Shown here in pieces: positions 20,194 to 29,875 of a stretch of DNA of 48,280 bases. The position numbers and the translations under genes were made by a program. Position 1 is the first letter of the stretch, and each line of letters begins with the position of its first letter. Location of the stretch: the IMG/VR virus record IMGVR_UViG_3300030376_006356, positions 1 through 48,280 of that record. One strand, 5' to 3'. The stretch comes from a virus. Its lineage: Duplodnaviria; Caudoviricetes. The notes under the pieces are model-generated. The model was not told the DNA's origin, made no database searches, and saw only the letters and a program-made list of their open reading frames with translations.

Positions 20194-20905
20194 TTTAATA
20201 ACATTAGCAGGTAAAGGAAATAGATTTTCAAAAGAGGGTTATGATATACCAAAACCTTTGATTAAAGTTAATGGTGATTATATGATTCACGAAGCTGTAA
20301 AGTGTTTACCAACTGCAGATAAATATGTTTTTGTTTGTTTGAAAGAACACATTGATAAGTATGAGATAGATAATGTGTTGTTAAGTAAATATAAAAACTC
20401 TGAGATTGTTGTTATTGATGAAGTTACAGAAGGACAAGCTTGCACTGCAGAACTTGGTATTGATGGTTCTAATATTGACTTAAATGAACCACTATTAATT
20501 AGTTCTTGTGATTATGGTCTTGAATGGAGTGAACAAAAATACAAATCAATAGATGCGGATGTGATAGTTTGGACTACAATACATAATGATGCTTTTTCAA
20601 ATAATCCAAGTTCATATAGTTGGTTAGAGGTTGAGGGTGATAAATTATTAAAAACATATGTTAAACAAAAAGTGTTTGATGACTCTTACAACAATCACGC
20701 AATAGTTGGAACTTTTTATTTTAAAAAAGCTAAGTATTTCATTGATGGTGTTAAAAAAATATATGAAAACAATATAAGAAGTAATGGTGAATTTTATATT
20801 GATAATATTTTCAATACACTAACGGATTTAAACATAAAGATATTTGATGTAGATAAATATCATTGTTGGGGAACACCAAAGGATTTGGATAATTATGAGA
20901 ATTAA
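20186..20905 (+). CDS. Sugar-phosphate nucleotidyltransferase (second copy)
   Basis: LAGKGNRF...PKPLI, TEGQACT, SCD, NGEFYI and WGTP motifs. Confidence 0.85.
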   Translation: MINLITLAGKGNRFSKEGYDIPKPLIKVNGDYMIHEAVKCLPTADKYVFVCLKEHIDKYEIDNVLLSKYKNSEIVVIDEVTEGQACTAELGIDGSNIDLNEPLLISSCDYGLEWSEQKYKSIDADVIVWTTIHNDAFSNNPSSYSWLEVEGDKLLKTYVKQKVFDDSYNNHAIVGTFYFKKAKYFIDGVKKIYENNIRSNGEFYIDNIFNTLTDLNIKIFDVDKYHCWGTPKDLDNYEN

Positions 20906-21971
20906 ATATTGGGATGAATCAACCAAAGGAACTATTTACAGACTTTCAGATGAAAGAGATGTAAAGGTTGGTTATTTTAAGAATTGTGTTATTGAAGGTA
21001 TTAGTAATCATTATCCACAACCATTAATCAAGACAGATGAAGAGTTACTTCTTCCCACTATTGAGAAATTTATGTCTCTCAACAGAGGAACTATTTATGA
21101 AGAAACTATGGAGTGGGATTGTAAAAATAAAATTGTAGAAAGAATAGAAAAACGACCTGTTTTTTATTTCGTATACAATTGTGCAAATTATTTTCATTGG
21201 ATTTATGATACTATCCCTTATTTGTATACTTACTTTGAAGAGAGAAAAAAAATAAAAGATTTAAAAATATTAATAAATGTTCCTGATGGGGAGGATGATT
21301 TATATAGATTTGTTTATGAAACTTTAAGTTTGTTAGGTATAGAAAAAAATGATTTAATATTTCTAAACCCTAAAGTAAAATATGAAACTATGATAATTGG
21401 TTCTTCGTTGACTCACAACAGAATGTCTTTAGAGCCACCACATAGTTCTATGTTTTCATTAATAGATTCTATGATTGGTGATGATTCTATTAACGAAGAA
21501 AAAATATATGTCTCACGAAGAACTTGGACACAGAAAAAGTCAGATAACATTGGAACTGATTACACAAAAGAGAGAATGTGTGTTAATGAGGATGAAGTTG
21601 TTGAGTTATTTAAAAGTTATGGTTATAAGGAAGTTTTTTGTGAGAATTTTTCAATGAAAGAAAAGGTAGGATTATTTAGAAATGCAAAATATGTTGCGGG
21701 TTGTATTGGAGGTGGAATGTCAAATGTTTTATTTTGTAAACCAGACACTAAAGTTATTTCTATAAATAGTCCTGAATTTTTTACAATCAATGAACGATTA
21801 AAATATGCTATGTGTCACACAGACTTAATTATGATTGATGACACAAAGTTTGTCAATCGTAAAGAGGATGTAATTATAAATAAAAACGCTTTATCTGTTT
21901 CGGGTGGGATGAACTCGTCTTGGATAGTTGACATAAATAAATTAACTAAAAAAATAGAGGAGAAATTATGA
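20895..21971 (+). CDS. Glycosyltransferase family 61 (DUF563)
   Basis: NYFHWIYD, KIYVSRR, R..VNEDEV and GGGMSN motifs. Confidence 0.85.
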   Translation: MRIKYWDESTKGTIYRLSDERDVKVGYFKNCVIEGISNHYPQPLIKTDEELLLPTIEKFMSLNRGTIYEETMEWDCKNKIVERIEKRPVFYFVYNCANYFHWIYDTIPYLYTYFEERKKIKDLKILINVPDGEDDLYRFVYETLSLLGIEKNDLIFLNPKVKYETMIIGSSLTHNRMSLEPPHSSMFSLIDSMIGDDSINEEKIYVSRRTWTQKKSDNIGTDYTKERMCVNEDEVVELFKSYGYKEVFCENFSMKEKVGLFRNAKYVAGCIGGGMSNVLFCKPDTKVISINSPEFFTINERLKYAMCHTDLIMIDDTKFVNRKEDVIINKNALSVSGGMNSSWIVDINKLTKKIEEKL

Positions 21972-22759
21972 GAGTAGCATTATGTCTATCTGGTCCTGTT
22001 GGATTTTTATATCACAACAAAAGAGCATATGCTTGGAATCAGGATGTAGACTATAGAATAGGACATGAACATTATAAGAAACATTTGTTTGATGTAAATG
22101 ATAATGTTGATGTTTTTATATTTAGTTGGTCTGGTGGATACAAAGATGAAATTAATAAATTATATAAACCAAAAAAATCAAAATATGCTGAACAAATTGA
22201 TTTTAAACCATTGATGAAACACGAGTCAACTAAAGATAAGTGGTGTCCAAGATTTAATCATAAAATAAGTAGATGGTATGGTTTTCAACAGGTTATAAAT
22301 TTAAAATCAGAATATGAAGCTGAAAATAACTTTAAGTATGATTGGGTTATATCATCGAGATTTGATGAAGCATTTTTATCAGACTTAGTTTTAGAACACT
22401 ATCCAAATGATGGGAGTATTTATTTTCCATTTAATGGTAATTTTATGCCAAATCGTCCAAGATGTTTAGAATATTTTTATTTTTCAAATTCTGAAGTGAT
22501 GGATAAATACTCAACATTGTATGATAATTGGGAAGACTATGGTTTTTTCGACCATCACGATGAATCATATCATCACGCTGATAAGTTAGGATTACCTATA
22601 GTTATGATTGAGAGTTTTAAGGAAAGTGTTAATCATGACCTTGTTAGGGCTATTTATGATGATTGTCATTATATGGGAGATGAGTATCCTGGAATAGATA
22701 AGTTAACAAAATTAAATCAGTATCCAAGAGGTGATGCTCCAAAGGGTGGTAGATTTTAG
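21968..22759 (+). CDS. Hypothetical protein, putative glycosyltransferase
   Basis: RVALCLSG, DVFIFSW and YDWVISSRFD pattern seen in glycan loci. Confidence 0.5.
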   Translation: MRVALCLSGPVGFLYHNKRAYAWNQDVDYRIGHEHYKKHLFDVNDNVDVFIFSWSGGYKDEINKLYKPKKSKYAEQIDFKPLMKHESTKDKWCPRFNHKISRWYGFQQVINLKSEYEAENNFKYDWVISSRFDEAFLSDLVLEHYPNDGSIYFPFNGNFMPNRPRCLEYFYFSNSEVMDKYSTLYDNWEDYGFFDHHDESYHHADKLGLPIVMIESFKESVNHDLVRAIYDDCHYMGDEYPGIDKLTKLNQYPRGDAPKGGRF

Positions 22760-23596
22760 ATGTTACATATTTATACACTACATTTTAAAAATGATTATTG
22801 GGTTGATTTACAAGTGGAGTCATTTAAAAAACACATAAAAGTTCCATATAAAAGTTATGCTATTTTCTCACATATGAATCAAGAAATGTATGATAGAAAT
22901 GAAAATAATTTTGATTACTTTGAAGTTCGTGAAGAGGGTAGACGACTTCACAAGGGTGGACACTATCATCCAACTGATGGTAATAGACACATTTTTCCAA
23001 TAATTAAAGAAAACTTAAATGATGGTGATGTGGTTATTAGAATAGATTCAGATGCTTTTTTAATTGATGATATAACTGATGAGTTCATAGATAAAATTAA
23101 TGATAAAAAGTTTATCGCTATGTATGAGCCAGAACATGAGTGGGACTTAAACTATAAAGCTCCACATCCAGCTTTTTATGCTTTTCGTAGTGAGTATCTT
23201 AATCAAGGATTGGATAAAGCTATGGGTGAAATGCATGAAGATGGTCAATCAAATTGGTGGGGATTGTTATTAGATTGGTTCACAGATAATAAGATAGATT
23301 GGTATCCTTTAAATAGGTCTAATAAAATTAATTTACATCAAATATATTTTGGAATATATGATGATTTAGTTTATCATCATTTCGCTGGTTCAAGGGATAA
23401 AATTACAAGAGTTGACAGAAAAAAAGCTGGACAGACTCAATTTGTTAAAATCCCAACAAAAAAAATGATAGAAAATCTTGAAAAAATAAAAGATGAAAAT
23501 CATTTAATAGACACAGATGTTAGAAAACAATTATCAGAACAACCTGAAGTGTTTATAAAATACTTGAAAGGTGAGTATGAGGGGGAGTTTGAGTAG
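22760..23596 (+). CDS. Hypothetical protein, putative GT-A glycosyltransferase
   Basis: IDSDAF DxD motif, late YHH motif, genomic context. Confidence 0.5.
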   Translation: MLHIYTLHFKNDYWVDLQVESFKKHIKVPYKSYAIFSHMNQEMYDRNENNFDYFEVREEGRRLHKGGHYHPTDGNRHIFPIIKENLNDGDVVIRIDSDAFLIDDITDEFIDKINDKKFIAMYEPEHEWDLNYKAPHPAFYAFRSEYLNQGLDKAMGEMHEDGQSNWWGLLLDWFTDNKIDWYPLNRSNKINLHQIYFGIYDDLVYHHFAGSRDKITRVDRKKAGQTQFVKIPTKKMIENLEKIKDENHLIDTDVRKQLSEQPEVFIKYLKGEYEGEFE

Positions 23597-25167
23597 TGAG
23601 TAGAAATCCAAGAGTCTTGTTGTTATATCCACCAGAACAAAATTGGCCTGACACATTGTGTAAACCAAATGGTTCTTTAGCTTATCCGATGTTAGGTGGA
23701 GCTTTAAGGGATATGGGTATTGATGTGGAGGTGTATGACGCTTGTGTTGGTAATGATGATGATAACTATAAGGACTTTTTCTTTAATCCAACACCTCTCG
23801 ATAGTGGATTGTTGAGAACAGGTGTTACTGATGACAGAATTTTAGAGGTTGTAAAAGATTTTGATTTTGTAGGAATAACATCCATATTCTCTCTACAAGA
23901 AACAATGGTATTACATTGTTGTAGATTAATAAAGAAACATTTTCCAGAAAAAATATTGTTCTCAGGTGGTGTAAATGCTAGAGCTAGATATGATGTTTTT
24001 TTAGATGCTGGATTTGATATAGTCTGCACTTCCGAGTCTGAAATTACAGTCCAAGAAATTATGAAAGTGTATATAAGTGGTGGTGATGATTGGAGTTCTG
24101 TTCCAAAGATACTATATAGAAAAGATGATAAAACTATTAACACATCTGGTTTAGGTGAAGTAATTTGGGATTTAGATAAGTTACCAATGCCTGCTTGGGA
24201 TTTATTACCAAACGAAAGGTATTGGGAAATTGGAAGACCACATGGGGGACATTTTGGTGAGGATGAGGATTTAAAATATGTTTCAATGATGACATCTTTA
24301 GGTTGTCCGTTTGCTTGTTCTTATTGTCACATAGCACATGAGAAGAAAGGTTCACTGGCTGGTGAGATTGGTAAATTTAGAGTTAAGTCAGACGAAAGAG
24401 TTTTAGAAGAGTTGTTATACTTGAGAGATACAATAGGGGCTAAACAAGTTTTTATAGAAGATGATTCAATTTTTGGTAAAAAGAAAAGAGCTATCAGAAT
24501 GTTAAAAAAGATAATAGGTCTTGGGATGGATATTCTTGATGTTAATGGTGTAAATGTAATTCATCTTACAAAAAAGACACCAGCTTCTAAGATGTGGTTA
24601 CCTGATGTTGAAGTCATAGAGTTATTAGCTGAAGCTGGTTTTAGAGATATTGTTTTACCATTTGAATCTGCTAATCCAAGAATTATTCAGAAATGGTGTT
24701 CAAATAAATGGAGAGTAGATAATTTTGATGTTGAAGCATTAGTTAAAGAAATAAAAAGAGTTGGTATGAGAGCAGCTGCTAATTATATGATTGGATTTCC
24801 AGATGAAACAGAAGAGGAAATAAATCAAACGATTGAATTTGCTAAGAAAAATATGACTTATGGTTTAGACGCATCCAATTTCTTTTTAGTTATGCCCTTA
24901 CCAGGAACACCAATGTTTGATGAAGTTATAGCAAATGGTCAACTACCAAAAGATTATAACATAGATAAAATGCAGTGGACAAGGGCAAACATGATAAATA
25001 CTTCTGTTCCACCTGAAAGATTAGAAGAAATAAGACAAAAAGCGTGGGAAGATTGTAATTTAGCAGATTTTAAAGATAATAGAAAAAGTTGGGTTGTAGC
25101 TGATAAAAATACAGGTGAAATACACAAAGGTGGTTGTGAGAGTGTAAATGCAAATAACTTGTCATAA
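23596..25167 (+). CDS. Cobalamin-binding radical SAM enzyme (class B)
   Basis: N-terminal B12-binding region (VGITS, GGVNA), SLGCPFACSYC, IEDD, MIGFPDET and PLPGTPMF. Confidence 0.9.
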   Translation: MSRNPRVLLLYPPEQNWPDTLCKPNGSLAYPMLGGALRDMGIDVEVYDACVGNDDDNYKDFFFNPTPLDSGLLRTGVTDDRILEVVKDFDFVGITSIFSLQETMVLHCCRLIKKHFPEKILFSGGVNARARYDVFLDAGFDIVCTSESEITVQEIMKVYISGGDDWSSVPKILYRKDDKTINTSGLGEVIWDLDKLPMPAWDLLPNERYWEIGRPHGGHFGEDEDLKYVSMMTSLGCPFACSYCHIAHEKKGSLAGEIGKFRVKSDERVLEELLYLRDTIGAKQVFIEDDSIFGKKKRAIRMLKKIIGLGMDILDVNGVNVIHLTKKTPASKMWLPDVEVIELLAEAGFRDIVLPFESANPRIIQKWCSNKWRVDNFDVEALVKEIKRVGMRAAANYMIGFPDETEEEINQTIEFAKKNMTYGLDASNFFLVMPLPGTPMFDEVIANGQLPKDYNIDKMQWTRANMINTSVPPERLEEIRQKAWEDCNLADFKDNRKSWVVADKNTGEIHKGGCESVNANNLS

Positions 25168-25318
25168 ATGTGGTGAAAAGTTTGTGTGTGGAGTAAATAA
25201 AAATAAGTGTTGGTGTTTTGATTTACCTAAAGTGAAAATAAAAGAAAATAATGCTTGTTTATGTCAGAAATGTTTATTAAATTGTATAAATAATATTGAG
25301 GAAAATTCAAATGAATAA
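25148..25318 (+). CDS. Cysteine-rich CWC-family small protein (56 aa, absent from ORF track)
   Basis: MQITCHKCGEKFVCG...KCWCFDLP...ACLCQKCL; fills the gap and overlaps both neighbours. Confidence 0.8.
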   Translation: MQITCHKCGEKFVCGVNKNKCWCFDLPKVKIKENNACLCQKCLLNCINNIEENSNE

Positions 25319-25958
25319 ATTTAAATATGATACTAAAAAGTATGATTTTAAACCTTTATTTTGTGATTGGTTGAACACAGATGATTTAACTCAATTACAC
25401 GAAGAAAAAGAATATCCTGTTTTGAGTAGAGAAGAGGATATGTATATGCATTGGAATCAAATTTACTATAAGAGATGGAGAGAGGATTCATCGATTAATA
25501 ATTTATATTTAAAGTTTTTAGAAGAGGTTATAAAACCAAGATTTAATGAAGAAATAATATATCAAGAATTACCTGATATTAGAATACATTTACCAAATAA
25601 TATAGCCGTTGGTGAGTTTCATAAAGATAAAACATACAGAAACGCGGAGTGGGCTGAAAAAGTAAATGAATTAAATTACTTCATACCATTAACTAAAGCT
25701 TATGGAACAAATACTTTATGGGCAGAAACTGAAGAGGATAAGGGAGATTATATTCCCTTTGAATCTGATTATGGTGAATGCACTGAGTGGTATGGAAGTC
25801 ACTTAAAACATGGAAACAAAATTAATAAAACATCAATCACGAGAGTTAGTTTTGATTTTAGAGTTATACCTAAATCAAGATACATACCAAGTGAACATAC
25901 ATCAATTAATATGAAAATACCTTTCAAAATTGGTGGATTTTATGGAGGAATGTTATGA
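25311..25958 (+). CDS. StrG-like Fe(II)/2-oxoglutarate oxygenase-fold protein
   Basis: FHKD (HxD), PLT.AYGTN and HGNKIN.T..TRVSFDFR motifs. Confidence 0.7.
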   Translation: MNKFKYDTKKYDFKPLFCDWLNTDDLTQLHEEKEYPVLSREEDMYMHWNQIYYKRWREDSSINNLYLKFLEEVIKPRFNEEIIYQELPDIRIHLPNNIAVGEFHKDKTYRNAEWAEKVNELNYFIPLTKAYGTNTLWAETEEDKGDYIPFESDYGECTEWYGSHLKHGNKINKTSITRVSFDFRVIPKSRYIPSEHTSINMKIPFKIGGFYGGML

Positions 25959-26188
25959 AAAAACCAAATTTAAAATCATCGATAAGCACTAACTATTTTT
26001 TAAAATCAGAATCTGTGACACAGATAATTCATTTTAAAGATGGAGTGAAAAGAACATTTTCAGGTATTTTACCTGATACATTAAAACAAGGACAATACAC
26101 GAAGATGTCAACTGTTGATGGTAGAATGTTAATGGTTAATGATGATAATGTTTTGTGTATAGAGGTTTTTGCTGAGGGCGAAGAGTGA
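25955..26188 (+). CDS. Hypothetical protein
   Basis: GGAGG RBS; overlaps neighbours. Confidence 0.6.
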   Translation: MKKPNLKSSISTNYFLKSESVTQIIHFKDGVKRTFSGILPDTLKQGQYTKMSTVDGRMLMVNDDNVLCIEVFAEGEE

Positions 26189-26898
26189 GAGTCTTAGTCA
26201 CAGGAACGAGTAGTGGGTTAGGAAAATGGTTAAAGAAACAATTTTCTGATTGTGATGAATTTAAAAGAGGTGACAATCTTTTTGATTTTCCAGAAAAAGA
26301 CTTTTCACCTTGTGGTGGGGCTTACTCTTATAAACCATACGATTTAATAATACATTGTGCTGCTGTCGTGAGTCATTGTGATTGGAGTAATGTAGAGGCA
26401 AACTTGTTTGAAGACAATGTTTTTTTGACAAGAGAACTAACAAAGATTCCACATAAGAAGTTTGTATTTATATCATCAATTGATGAAGCTAAAGATTCAC
26501 CATATGGTGTCACCAAAAGAATTTCAGAGTTGATAGTAAGAAATTTGTGTGATGATTATTTAATATTAAGACCATCAGCTTTATTGGGTAAAGAGATGAA
26601 AAAGAATACTTTTCAAAAAATAGTTAGTGGAGAAGATATAGCCTTGACACCAAATACAATTATGAATTATATTTCATATGAAGATGTGTTAAATGCTATA
26701 AAGTCTGATATTAGTGGAACAAAAGTATTGAGGTCTAATGATGACATAAGTATAAAAGAGGTTGTTAATATTTTTGATAAGGATTTAAAATATGGTGATA
26801 TTCATTATGAAGTAGAGTATGTCAAATCTGACATTGATACGGAAAAAACATCAAAAGATAATATTGTTTTATATAAGGAGAAATATGTTAAAGGATAA
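26185..26898 (+). CDS. NAD(P)-dependent epimerase/reductase (extended SDR)
   Basis: VTGTSSGLG, IHCAA, ISS, YGVTK and LRP motifs. Confidence 0.8.
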   Translation: MRVLVTGTSSGLGKWLKKQFSDCDEFKRGDNLFDFPEKDFSPCGGAYSYKPYDLIIHCAAVVSHCDWSNVEANLFEDNVFLTRELTKIPHKKFVFISSIDEAKDSPYGVTKRISELIVRNLCDDYLILRPSALLGKEMKKNTFQKIVSGEDIALTPNTIMNYISYEDVLNAIKSDISGTKVLRSNDDISIKEVVNIFDKDLKYGDIHYEVEYVKSDIDTEKTSKDNIVLYKEKYVKG

Positions 26899-27598
26899 AA
26901 TTTTAGATTTATTAGATAATGTTGATAGTAATGTTGAAGATAGATTGAATCATTTTTTAGAGTGTATAGATAATAAAAAAGGTATAGAAGATGTTTTAAG
27001 ATGGTTACAAGATATAAAAGATAATTTACCAGCTACTGTGTCAGAGATAAACTTGAATGAGGTTAACGATGGTTGGGGATTAAATTCTGAAACAGGAACA
27101 TTAGAACACAACACGGGTGGGTTTTTTAAAGTCATTGGTGTTAAAACTGAAACCAATATAAGAGAGTCAGGAAAGGGATGGAATCAACCAATGGTGGATC
27201 AGGGAACTGAAGCTAGTGTTGTTGGTTTGATAAAAAAGGATAATTTATATTTGGTAGAGGCTAAATTTGAACCAGGTAATTATGATAGAGTTTTACTATC
27301 ACCTACACTTCAAGTTACATATGATAACTTAAATACATTACACAGTGGAAGAAAACCATTGTTTTCTGAGTATTTTGATGGGGTGGATAAAAAAGGTGAT
27401 GTCAGATTTGAACATTGGTATCCAGAGGATGGCGGTAGATTTTATAAAAAAAGAGTAAAAAATATGTTAGTGGAAACCAATGATGAAATCAAAATACCTG
27501 ATAACTTTATTTGGTTAAATATGTATCAGTTGAAAGAATTGTTAAAGTTAGATAATATAATGAATCCACATTTAAGAAGTATCATATCTTATTTATAG
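26885..27598 (+). CDS. NDP-hexose 2,3-dehydratase (EvaA/TylX3 family), single repeat
   Basis: GGFFKVIG, WNQP, AKFEPGN, LSPTLQ and EDGGRF motifs; GGAG RBS before ATG 26885. Confidence 0.85.
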   Translation: MLKDKILDLLDNVDSNVEDRLNHFLECIDNKKGIEDVLRWLQDIKDNLPATVSEINLNEVNDGWGLNSETGTLEHNTGGFFKVIGVKTETNIRESGKGWNQPMVDQGTEASVVGLIKKDNLYLVEAKFEPGNYDRVLLSPTLQVTYDNLNTLHSGRKPLFSEYFDGVDKKGDVRFEHWYPEDGGRFYKKRVKNMLVETNDEIKIPDNFIWLNMYQLKELLKLDNIMNPHLRSIISYL

Positions 27599-27606
27599 GA
27601 GTTAAG

Positions 27607-28134
27607 ATGAAGAAGACACCATTAAAAATAAAAGAAATAGTTTTAATAGAGCCAAAGGTTTTTCATGATAATAGAGGTTATTTATTTGAAAGTTACACAG
27701 AAAAACATTGGAGTGGTGTAAATTTTGTTCAAGATAATGTGGCTTTTAATCATAAAAAAAATACTATAAGAGGTATGCATTATCAAGAAAAAAACTATCA
27801 AGCTAAACTTGTAAGTTGTGTTAGGGGTTCGATATTGGATGTGGTTGTTGATGTAAGGAAAGATTCTAAAACTTTTGGACAATGGGTTTCAGCTATTTTA
27901 AGTGATGAGAATCATCACCAATTATGGATACCAAGAGGGTTTGCACACGGATATAGAACATTGGAAGACAATACTATTGTAACATACAAAGCTGATGAGT
28001 TCTATGACCCAAGTGATTATAGGGGATTTATTTGGAACGATAAAGATGTTGACATAGATTGGGGAGTATCTGATAATGATGAAATTATATTATCAGAACA
28101 AGATAAAAAATTTGGAGAGTTTAATTGTGAATAA
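27607..28134 (+). CDS. rmlC: dTDP-4-dehydrorhamnose 3,5-epimerase family
   Basis: DNRGYLFE, FVQDN, RGMHYQ, QAKLV and GFAHG motifs. Confidence 0.95.
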   Translation: MKKTPLKIKEIVLIEPKVFHDNRGYLFESYTEKHWSGVNFVQDNVAFNHKKNTIRGMHYQEKNYQAKLVSCVRGSILDVVVDVRKDSKTFGQWVSAILSDENHHQLWIPRGFAHGYRTLEDNTIVTYKADEFYDPSDYRGFIWNDKDVDIDWGVSDNDEIILSEQDKKFGEFNCE

Positions 28135-29875
28135 AATTCAATTAGAAGACATAGCTCATTGTTTTGGAAATACTTTTGAGACAATAAGAGATAAATACGA
28201 TAGAATAGATGATATGGGTGTCAATCACGGAAGAGCTATTTATTATGATAGAGAATATGATGTGTATTACAAGATATTTCATAAAGACTACATTAGAAGA
28301 ACTAATTTTGAAATGGCTATCAAGAAAAACTTTTTTGATGGATTAACACCAGCTTTACTTGGATTGATTGTTGATGGTGGTAGTGTAGTTGGTTATTATT
28401 CAAAGGGTGGAAAAGTATTATCTGATAATGAATTTGACACACATTTGATACCTGATGAATTTACAGAGAAGTTAGTGAGTAAAATGAAAGATACAAACTT
28501 ATTTTTTTATGATTTTGTTCCATCAAACATAATTAGACTTGGTGATGGACAATTAAGTTTGATAGATTTAGAAAGTGTTTATGAAATAAGTGATTTATTT
28601 AATATTGGGAAACATAATGCGAAAATAAAACCTGATTCTTTATATGATGTGGTTTATAATGAATGGAGAAAACAAATGAAACCAATTAGTTTTATACAAC
28701 CGAGTAGAAATAATTTAAAATATTTAAAATGGAGTTACAATTCAATTAGAAAGAATCTTGGATATATTCACGAGATATGTATGGCTGATGATTTCTCAGA
28801 TGATGGAACTTGGGAATGGATGCAAGAGATTGCTGAGAAAGATAAGAATGTCAAGATTCACAGAAACGAAGGTCCAACAAGATTAGGACATACAATTCTA
28901 TACGATACATTGATTAATGATTATGCTACCAATGATATTGTCATGATATATCATGCTGATATGTATGCTTTACCAGGTCTTGATGAAGAGATAAATAAAC
29001 ATATCAAGAAAGGTGTTGTGGTTAGTGGAACAAGAATAGAACCACCACTACATCCAGATGGTCCTGAAAAGATACTTAAAGATTATGGAATTGAACCTGA
29101 AGAGTTTAATGAACAAGAATTATTGAGAAATTATGAATCATTTAAAAAAGATACAACCACAGAAGGTATATTTGCGCCGTGGGCTATAATGAAAGAGGAC
29201 TTCCAAAGTATTGGTGGACATGACCCATTGTATGCTCCACAATCAAAAGAAGATTCAGATATATTTAATAGATTTCTTTTGAATGGATATAAGTTTGTTC
29301 AAACTTGGAAAGGGTTTGTTTATCATATGACTTGTAGAGGTTCAAGGTTTGCTGATGGCGCTCAAAGAAATCCAGATGGACAAGTGTTTATGAAAGGTAG
29401 AGAGACTGATGAGTGGTTAAAACAGAATCACAAATCTACTCGTAACTTTATTCGTAAGTGGGGACATTTTGTAAAGCATGACGCTCTTTTAAAACCAATC
29501 GTTCCACCGAAGTATGATGTTGGGTTCGTTATAACTAGTTGTAGAGATGATGTTTTGTATGAATTAGAACCCTGGTGTTCAAACATTTATGTTGATAGTC
29601 AAATAGCTAATGCATATATTGAATCAGAACAATCAGAAACAGATTTTGATTTAAAAGATAGAGTTCAAACTTTATTTGATAAAGGTAGTAATGACATAAC
29701 TGTTGAATTTGATGCGAATAATTTTAACCAAGATAGTTTTAATATAATAACAAGTTTATCAGAAATATTGGCTAATGATGATTTAGAGGTAGGTGAGTTT
29801 GAATTAGGTATATTTAAAGTAACGATTAATAAATTAAAAACATATGAAGAGGATTTAATCAAATGCGAATCTTAG
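28127..29875 (+). CDS. Kinase-like domain fused to a glycosyltransferase family 2 domain
   Basis: YDFVPSNI..LIDLE (kinase catalytic-loop-like); then ADDFSDDGT, HADM, IGGHD and EDSD. Confidence 0.75.
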   Translation: MNKIQLEDIAHCFGNTFETIRDKYDRIDDMGVNHGRAIYYDREYDVYYKIFHKDYIRRTNFEMAIKKNFFDGLTPALLGLIVDGGSVVGYYSKGGKVLSDNEFDTHLIPDEFTEKLVSKMKDTNLFFYDFVPSNIIRLGDGQLSLIDLESVYEISDLFNIGKHNAKIKPDSLYDVVYNEWRKQMKPISFIQPSRNNLKYLKWSYNSIRKNLGYIHEICMADDFSDDGTWEWMQEIAEKDKNVKIHRNEGPTRLGHTILYDTLINDYATNDIVMIYHADMYALPGLDEEINKHIKKGVVVSGTRIEPPLHPDGPEKILKDYGIEPEEFNEQELLRNYESFKKDTTTEGIFAPWAIMKEDFQSIGGHDPLYAPQSKEDSDIFNRFLLNGYKFVQTWKGFVYHMTCRGSRFADGAQRNPDGQVFMKGRETDEWLKQNHKSTRNFIRKWGHFVKHDALLKPIVPPKYDVGFVITSCRDDVLYELEPWCSNIYVDSQIANAYIESEQSETDFDLKDRVQTLFDKGSNDITVEFDANNFNQDSFNIITSLSEILANDDLEVGEFELGIFKVTINKLKTYEEDLIKCES

